DNA of 64,000 nt, from NCBI GenBank assembly GCA_002104905.1, contig MCFE01000108.1:104835-168834 (forward strand), in the 5' to 3' direction. Origin of the DNA: Basidiobolus meristosporus CBS 931.73 (Eukaryota > Fungi > Basidiobolomycota). The stretch's first letter is position 1; each line of letters begins with the position of its first letter. The position numbers and the translations under genes were made by a program. Positions 54,605-61,574 of this stretch are shown here, one piece after another. The notes under the pieces are model-generated. The model searched no databases. It was not told the DNA's origin and saw nothing but the letters and a program-made list of their open reading frames with translations.

Positions 54605-57600
54605 ATGGGCTACTCCTCCTACTCGTCTTCATACTTCCAACCAATTCCTGAAAATTCCAACCCAAACGTGAAGAAGCGCAGTTTCGACATGATTCCGCAA
54701 GTCTCCTCGATCCCTGTTTATCATCGCCACAACTCTCACAACGATCCCCTATTGTCCTCGGAATCCAACTGGATAACCGAGCTAAGCAGCGGCGATCTGT
54801 CCTATTCCGAGCCTGCTACCCCTAGCCTCATGAACTCCGGCAGTTTGTGGACGTACGGCTCCGATGTCCCAACACCATTGCAAGAGATGAAGCTGGAAGG
54901 CTTTGAGCCCACGTTGGACATGGCATCGTTAGTCCCTGGCACACTTCCCAAACAGGAAAGCTTCGGGCTCGTCTTTCCATTTGATGATTTTGAGTGCAGA
55001 GCTGGATCGTTCGATGACCATAGCAACATGCACCTGCAATCACATTCTCTGATTCGCTCACATCCCTCCACATCTCCAAGTGAGTGTTCTCAATCATTTT
55101 CGTCGATTCATGACTCGTCACTTGCCATGCACGATGGCATGCTATCGAATGCCATGGACCAGCGGCAATTGAGAAACATCCAGTTCAACCGTGTGCGGAT
55201 GGCGTCGGAGAATCACTCCGAGTTCAGCAGTTCTATGACCAGCCCCGTGGACTCCGGTTTCTGCACTCCTATCGATAGCTACACATCAAGCCCTGTTCTT
55301 CACCATTCAACCGTAAATACAAGAAGCTATTTCCCTTCGGAATACATTGACACCCATCGACGCCCTAGCATCTCTACCGGCCTCCAGTCGCTCCACATGG
55401 CAGACGAGATGTCCTTAAACTCTGCACTTTCCATGACACAAGCATCATCATCATTGTCTGCCCCACTTTCCATCAACTCTTTCCTAGATGCAAACCATGA
55501 TATACCTGGTGCACTGCTGCATTCCTCCGATCCTCTGGGTGTGGTTAATGGCCACTTCTATAATAACAAGCTTCATTTAGACCAACATTCGGCCTTCATG
55601 AATCCGACGCACGAAGATATTATGAGTGGAGGCGGTGGGCACAATTCAACTTACGGGTTCCATGACGGCGCCCCTCCACCCCCCACATTGTCGCCACCTT
55701 CCTCGCCAAACACTGAAAATAGATGCACTCCTGTCTCACCTGCCAACGGCTTAAATTATTCTCTGGGAAACAAGATCGAACTGAGTCAAAACACTCACCT
55801 ATCACTGAAGCCTCTCGTTCATAGCTACGTGTCACCGACCACCAACCCACTCCTCAATGGGGAGAAGACTGTTGTTATTCTGACGTCTAAAGTCGCCCAG
55901 AAGTCATACGGCACTGAGAAAAGATTTCTATGCCCTCCTCCTACTGTCCTGCTTCTGGGTCAAAATTGGCGTGTTAACACCTTCCCCAAAAGCGGATCTC
56001 CCAATGAGGGTTCCACTTTGGTAAGCCCAAAGCTTACCATCGGCATCCCTGGAGAGTCTGGGCAGCAGCAAGGGGTGTTGGAGTGGTCCGGACCATCTAG
56101 TCCCACCGTCGATTCCAATGCACCAGAATCAACCTCTGTCGGGAGGTGTGTGGCCAAGCATCTGTTCATCAATGACGCTGATGAGAAGCGCAAACGGGTG
56201 GAAGTGATGGTGAACGTCCAGTCTTCCTCAGGCCAACCGGTGGGTACTTTCGTCTCCAAGCCTATCAAAGTGATTTCCAAGCCTTCCAAAAAGCGGCAGA
56301 GCGTCAAAAATATGGAGCTCTGCATACACCATGGCACGACCATTTCTCTTTTCAATCGGATCCGATCGCAAACCGTATCCACCAAATATCTTGGGGTTTC
56401 CTCTCCATCCGCATCCACGTTTGGCAATGCCAAGTGGCCAGCCAACATGAATCACATTGGGTCTCCGAGTGATTCAGCTTGCTTTGTTGCTAGGACTGGG
56501 CGCTGGGACCCGTTTGTTATATGGCTGGTGGACTTGAACAAGAGAAACCTGCCGCCTTCCGAACAGACATCAACCCTTCCTCCTCCTGGCTTCCCGGCTC
56601 CTCCAACCATTGCCGTGCAACCTCAGGAATATGCGATGTCCTTTTCACCTGGCTCCGATTCGAGAGTTAACTCTGATGGCAAATCTCCAATCCCCATCCA
56701 TTACAACCAGCCCGTTGTGCTGCAGTGCCTTTCAACAGGTTTGATCAGCCCGGTAATGATCATCCGTAAGGTTGACAAAGGTAGTCTCGTGGTTGGGACT
56801 GGAACTGGAACAGGCCGTGAGGAGATGCTTGGAGACCCAGTTTCGCAGTTGCACAAAGTCGCGTTTCAAATCGTGGAGGACATGGTAGAGGAAGAGACCC
56901 CGTTCCCAATTCGGCCTACAGCTGGCTCGTATCTTGTTTGCTTGGGCGACGTTGTTGGTGTGCAGCGCTCGAACGAGGGTCGCAAATTTGACACACCGTC
57001 CGCCAAAAAGGTACCATCCCGTTCTGAATCCCTACCCAATGTCTTGGAGCATTCTTACGAAAACTTGCCTAATGGGACCGCTGCCAATGAGGGTGATAAT
57101 GGCACACGCAAAAGACGTGCGCCCACGTCCGCTGCTAGTGGGCCACCCATGAAAGCCTCCAAGGCTGGTAGAAGGAATTCTATTAGAGAAGACCTTCTGT
57201 CAGGTAATGACTCTGCCCTGCAGAACATGTGGTCTGAGGATGTGTCAGACACAGCCGTTTGGACAATCGTTGGTACTGATTGTGTGCAATACTCATTCTA
57301 CACGCCCAACTCCAACACGCACGGTGATGAATCCAGTATAAATCCCATTACTCCCATTCCTTATATCACACACATTATTCCTTCTACACAAAGTGGCGGA
57401 TCCAGCATCCTCAGCATTTACGGTGAAAACCTTACTGCTGATCTTTCGGTTTGGTTTGGGGAGACGCAGAGCAAAGTCACCGAATTCAAAAGCCGGGAAA
57501 GTATAGTTTGTGCCCCACCCGCCCCTGGACAAAACGGAGCCGCAGAAGAAACCTCATTCCCAATCTTGCTGGTCAGAAGCGACGGAGTTGTATTTAAAAC

Positions 57601-57622
57601 CGGTAAATTCTACACGGTTTAA
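54605..57622 (+). CDS. Fungal CSL (LAG-1/RBP-J family) transcription factor, probably class F2 (Cbf12-like), about 1005 aa, intronless
   Basis: LAG1 DNA-binding block VVILTSKVAQKSYGTEKRFLCPPP, KVISKPSKKRQS, beta-trefoil LCIHHGTTISLFNRIRSQTVSTKYL, and C-terminal Ig-like IYGENLTADLSVWFG..PILLVRSDGVVF. It has a ~400 aa Ser/Pro/His-rich N-terminus. Confidence 0.96.
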   Translation: MGYSSYSSSYFQPIPENSNPNVKKRSFDMIPQVSSIPVYHRHNSHNDPLLSSESNWITELSSGDLSYSEPATPSLMNSGSLWTYGSDVPTPLQEMKLEGFEPTLDMASLVPGTLPKQESFGLVFPFDDFECRAGSFDDHSNMHLQSHSLIRSHPSTSPSECSQSFSSIHDSSLAMHDGMLSNAMDQRQLRNIQFNRVRMASENHSEFSSSMTSPVDSGFCTPIDSYTSSPVLHHSTVNTRSYFPSEYIDTHRRPSISTGLQSLHMADEMSLNSALSMTQASSSLSAPLSINSFLDANHDIPGALLHSSDPLGVVNGHFYNNKLHLDQHSAFMNPTHEDIMSGGGGHNSTYGFHDGAPPPPTLSPPSSPNTENRCTPVSPANGLNYSLGNKIELSQNTHLSLKPLVHSYVSPTTNPLLNGEKTVVILTSKVAQKSYGTEKRFLCPPPTVLLLGQNWRVNTFPKSGSPNEGSTLVSPKLTIGIPGESGQQQGVLEWSGPSSPTVDSNAPESTSVGRCVAKHLFINDADEKRKRVEVMVNVQSSSGQPVGTFVSKPIKVISKPSKKRQSVKNMELCIHHGTTISLFNRIRSQTVSTKYLGVSSPSASTFGNAKWPANMNHIGSPSDSACFVARTGRWDPFVIWLVDLNKRNLPPSEQTSTLPPPGFPAPPTIAVQPQEYAMSFSPGSDSRVNSDGKSPIPIHYNQPVVLQCLSTGLISPVMIIRKVDKGSLVVGTGTGTGREEMLGDPVSQLHKVAFQIVEDMVEEETPFPIRPTAGSYLVCLGDVVGVQRSNEGRKFDTPSAKKVPSRSESLPNVLEHSYENLPNGTAANEGDNGTRKRRAPTSAASGPPMKASKAGRRNSIREDLLSGNDSALQNMWSEDVSDTAVWTIVGTDCVQYSFYTPNSNTHGDESSINPITPIPYITHIIPSTQSGGSSILSIYGENLTADLSVWFGETQSKVTEFKSRESIVCAPPAPGQNGAAEETSFPILLVRSDGVVFKTGKFYTV

Positions 57623-58649
57623 TCCTTTCACCGTGCAGTAAGCTAGTAGACCTTGATGTGCAGTTTCGGCATTCCATCACATCACTCCTACTTGATATCA
57701 GCCTTTGTAATTTCTTGATGCATTTACCATCTTCCTTGAAGCAAGGATTTCAGTACAGTATTTTGATTCATCGACTTTGTTTTAATATTTTTGTATAAAA
57801 TCCTCATTTCCTCCAGCTCACTATAAACATCAACTTTACCAACCCTTCCAAACATCCTTTCAATGCCATATAAAGAATGTCCATTTAGAGTATATTTTGT
57901 AAACCGGGGGCGCATCTGGCAATGTAAACAGAGGGCCTGATGCCATCTATCATGTACGTACGGTCTACCGCGTGATGTTCCATAGACCCTCATATCGTTT
58001 GTCGTGAACTAGCGTTTAGAGAAGGATAAGGCAGAAGATTGGCTCAACTAAAGCTTCAGTCAGGTGGGGTCCTGAAGAGTGGCTGACCCAACAGGGCTAA
58101 TAAAGCCTAATGCTAACAAGTCAACGAAAGTCGTGTAACCATGTATCATTTCTCTGTCAACTATTCGCAGGCCAGCATTTACTAGGCCTAATGAGAGGAA
58201 GTGTGAATCAGGGGTTTGGGCTTGATCGAACTGACAACGAAGGTGTGATAGCTCTTGGGCCAATGATAGGCATCTATACGGTTCCCCTGAATACCCCAAG
58301 GTAGTTGATTGGTGTTGGTTTACATTCATTAAGCCAAATTCTTACCAGCAGCTAACTAATCCTCTATTTGCTATTTACTAGCGGTTCATCAAGAGTAGAT
58401 GAAATATACGCAAATCATCCTGCGACCATTCAGAAATTGGCCAGCAAAATGCATTTCTATAGGCGTGTGATAATAGATGTTACCAATACCTACCAAAGAT
58501 ACGTTAGTGCAGCTATTGTTGCTAACCCATCCACCCAAATGATGATTCTTGGCATGAGTCGTATGCCAGCTTTAGTGACTGCGCCAAATCGTTCTGGGCC
58601 ATTATTGAGAATTCGATCTATACCAGTTCTCTATAGTTCACGCATTTGA

Positions 58650-59150
58650 GTATCTCTACTTGCAATGGTTCATTCGATCCGGGATCGAATGCGTGGATAG
58701 CATCAAGCATGCTGTACACTTGACTAGAAATGGAGTAATGAAAGTATCCCTGATGCCAAAATCCTTGGACCTCGTGTACATCCAAGGTTTCGCCGAAGCG
58801 CCATAGTGAATGCATATTGGCTCAATACGTGCGCTTGAAACATTCCATCAATCAAGATTCTTGATACATAATTCGTAGTAGCGGTGTAATGTTCAGCCAT
58901 TCCCGGAAAAAATGGTAATAGCAGCTGGAGGCTTTGATACTTTCGGAATGCGTCAACATTAATTTTGCTGTGGCTTAATTCTCCTGAAGTACCAACACCA
59001 ATAAGTGTCATAGGGAATCCCTTCAAATGCCATGTTTTCGCATTCAGCAATAATAGGGTGTTCAGTCATGAAAATGATTATAGAGGATTGTGGGGGACAG
59101 TGGCCAATTGGTGAAGAGAAGCGTAGCTCTGGAGATCAATCACTGCGAAT
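58650..59150 (-). pseudogene. Possible decayed GT8-like glycosyltransferase fragment
   Basis: Across frames and stops: INVDAFRK...TLHRYYEL...PICIHYGASAKPW, reminiscent of the GT8 INLxxWR and IHYxGxxKPW motifs. No clean DxD motif seen. Confidence 0.25.
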
Positions 59151-60019
59151 CCAGTTGACAATAATCTAAATTGAGTGATCAACATGTGGGGTAACTGGTC
59201 CCGAAATTCAATCAGATGCTGCTCATAAGGGTTAACATTCTTCCATATCGCCTTAAATCCCCAACAGACAAATCGAAGTTTTACTACTTGGCCATACTAA
59301 GCTCATCCACAAACGCTGACGCAACTGTGACGTTAGCAAAATATCAAATTCCCCATTATAACGATACGCATATATCACGAGGTATTTCACAAATCCTCCT
59401 GATACCTAATGTAGAAGGTTGCTTTCTGCACACCCGTCATTAGTCGTCTCACACTTGGTGAATCTAAGTGGCTGATGCTCTCGTTATCCTCGTACTGGTT
59501 AATTCTGAAATTGCTTGGCTATTTTCGGTGATGAATCTGAGACCATTCTTAGTGTGTAGAAAAATAATCACCCGTGGAGCTTTAGCAATTAGTGGCAATA
59601 ATAATGTATACATATGTGGATTGTTGGATCAAGTACTGATGTGCATTGACAGAAATTAGATTTTTGTTTTACTGTACTCTATTCAAGTCCCACTTACAAT
59701 GATTTCATCTGTTCATAGTTTGTTCAGTACTTTGTTTAAATGTATTTACTGCTGTTTCTGGTCTATTTCATTAAAATAATTGGTTACGCTCACATATACA
59801 TGCTTATTTCGAAGTAGAGCACAAATTCAGGTCATATCCATCATTGAGTTAGAATTAAAAGTTGCTATTGGCATAGCATTCAGAATTAAATTAATTTAAA
59901 AAATCTAAATAATACAAAGATATATTTAACTCAACACTTTGTTACTCATAACCTTTACTGCAAGTATAGGTGCTCACTCTTAGACTTTTCTGATGATAGC
60001 ACATAAAATACATAGGGTT

Positions 60020-60540
60020 GGGGGAGGAAAGTGACCAAGTGGTGAAGTCTTTATTTACTTATGACAAGCATCTAAAGAAGCCAAGTTAATCTGAAGTTAA
60101 TCCTAGAAAGCTAGGCCTGATAGATATCTTCCTGGTAAGCCAGGTCTGAGAGTTGAGAAGCTGAGTTGTACTATATTTCCTAGTTAGCTAGGTCTGAGAG
60201 AGGTTTCCTGGAAAGCCAGGCCTGAGAAGTGAGAATCTGAATATATCTGAGGGGAGTTGTGCTGGTTTGCGGAAGCTGATTTTTGGTTTAAATGGCCAGC
60301 AGACTGGTGGAACTGAGGACACCTTTTAGGCAATCACCAGCCAAGTTTACCAGGCAAATCTAACCAATTAGCATTTCAAGGATTTCAGCCAATCAGAGAA
60401 TTTACTTTGCCTGATGGTTGATCAGGCCATCTCTCAATGAGCACACATCAATTTATTAATCAAATTTTGTTGGATCCAGGATTTGAACCCACAACCATGG
60501 GTATGGAAGGGTTAGGGATAACCACAAGGCTAAGTGTTCT
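60020..60540 (-). mobile_element. tRNA-headed SINE-like element, copy 1 (full length)
   Basis: Minus-strand A box TAGCCTTGTGG (60532-60522) and B box GGTTCAAATCC (60489-60479). No long ORF, a 3' end shared with the LINE, and telomere-like G-rich flanks. Confidence 0.85.
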
Positions 60541-60546
60541 TGGTTA

Positions 60547-61070
60547 GGGGGAGGAAAGTCACCAAGTGGTGAAATCTTTATTTACTTATGACAAGTATCT
60601 AAAGAAGCCAGCTAATCTGAAGTTATTCCTAGAAAGCTAAGTCTGAGAGATATCTTCCTGGTAAGCCAGGTCTGAGAGTTGAGAAGCTGAGTGGTACTAT
60701 ATTTCCTAGTTAGCTAGGTCTGAGAGTGGTTTCCTGGAAAGCCAGGCCTGAGAAGTGAGAATCTGAATATATCTGAGCTAAGTTATACTGGTTTGCGGTA
60801 GCTGAATTGTGGCCGGAATGGCCAGTAGACTGGGGGAACTGAGATGTATTTCTGGGCAATCACTGGCCAAATTTACTAGGCAAATCTGGCCAAGTAGCAT
60901 TTCAAGGATCTCAGCCAATCAGAGCCTTTACTTTGCCCGATGGTTGATCAAGTCATCTCCCAATGAGCACACATCAATTTATTAATCAAATTTTGCTGGA
61001 TCCAGGATTTGAACCCACAACCATGGGTATGGAAGGGTTAGGGATAACCACAAGGCTAAATGTTATTGGT
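60547..61070 (-). mobile_element. tRNA-headed SINE-like element, copy 2 (full length)
   Basis: Tandem copy of 60020-60540 (offset 527 nt). A box at 61058-61048, B box at 61015-61005. Confidence 0.87.
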
Positions 61071-61071
61071 T

Positions 61072-61097
61072 GGGTTAGGGGAGGGAGGGTTAGGGGG
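61072..61097 (+). repeat. Telomere-like linker GGGTTAGGGGAGGGAGGGTTAGGGGG
   Basis: Read directly from the sequence; lies between SINE copy 2 and the truncated LINE. Confidence 0.85.
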
Positions 61098-61221
61098 AGA
61101 CAGTCACCAACAGGTGAAATCTTTATTTCAGTTGAAACAAAGAAGCCAGCGCTACTGTTGTAGCTTTGATACAAGAGTGTGTAGCTGAGGGGAATTTGTA
61201 GGTAAGTTAATAAGAAGTGAT
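61098..61221 (-). mobile_element. 5'-truncated LINE copy (3' terminal ~124 nt)
   Basis: Identical by eye to 61575-61698. Confidence 0.95.
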
Positions 61222-61245
61222 GGGTTAGGGTTAGGGTTAGGGGGG
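61222..61245 (+). repeat. Canonical telomeric tract GGG(TTAGGG)3GGG
   Basis: Read directly from the sequence; begins exactly at the LINE truncation point. Confidence 0.95.
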
Positions 61246-61558
61246 AGGAAAGTCACCAAGTGGTGAAATCTTTATTTACTTATGACAAGTATCTAAAGAA
61301 GCCAAGTTAATCTGAAGTTATTCCTAGAAAGCTAGGTCTGAGAGATATCTTCCTGGTAAGCCAGGTCTGAGAGTTGAGAGGCTGAGTTGTACTATATTTC
61401 CTAGTTAGCTAGGTCTGAGAGAGGTTTCCTGGAAAGCCAGGCCTGAGAAGTGAGAATCTGAATATATCTGAGCTAAGTTATACTGGTTTGCGGTAGCTGA
61501 ATTGTGGCCGGAATGGCCAGTAGACTGGGGGAACTGAGATATATTTCTGGGTGATCAC
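61241..61558 (-). mobile_element. SINE-like element, copy 3 (5'-truncated)
   Basis: Nearly identical to the 3' ~315 nt of copy 2. It stops at ..GATCAC and is followed directly by TTAGGGTTTAGGG. Confidence 0.9.
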
Positions 61559-61574
61559 TTAGGGTTTAGGGGGG

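Noticed and set aside
55960-56448. 162-aa antisense ORF within CSL, and antisense ORFs within RPS31, the cyclin and the LINE
   Set aside because: Shadow frames of the real coding strand.
58671-58691. Perfect 10-bp inverted repeat CATTCGATCC-G-GGATCGAATG
   Set aside because: Isolated, and a hit of this size is not unexpected in 64 kb.
60470-60540. Functional tRNA gene in the SINE head (also 61000-61065)
   Set aside because: A and B boxes are present, but the acceptor and anticodon stems do not pair; treated as a tRNA-derived head.
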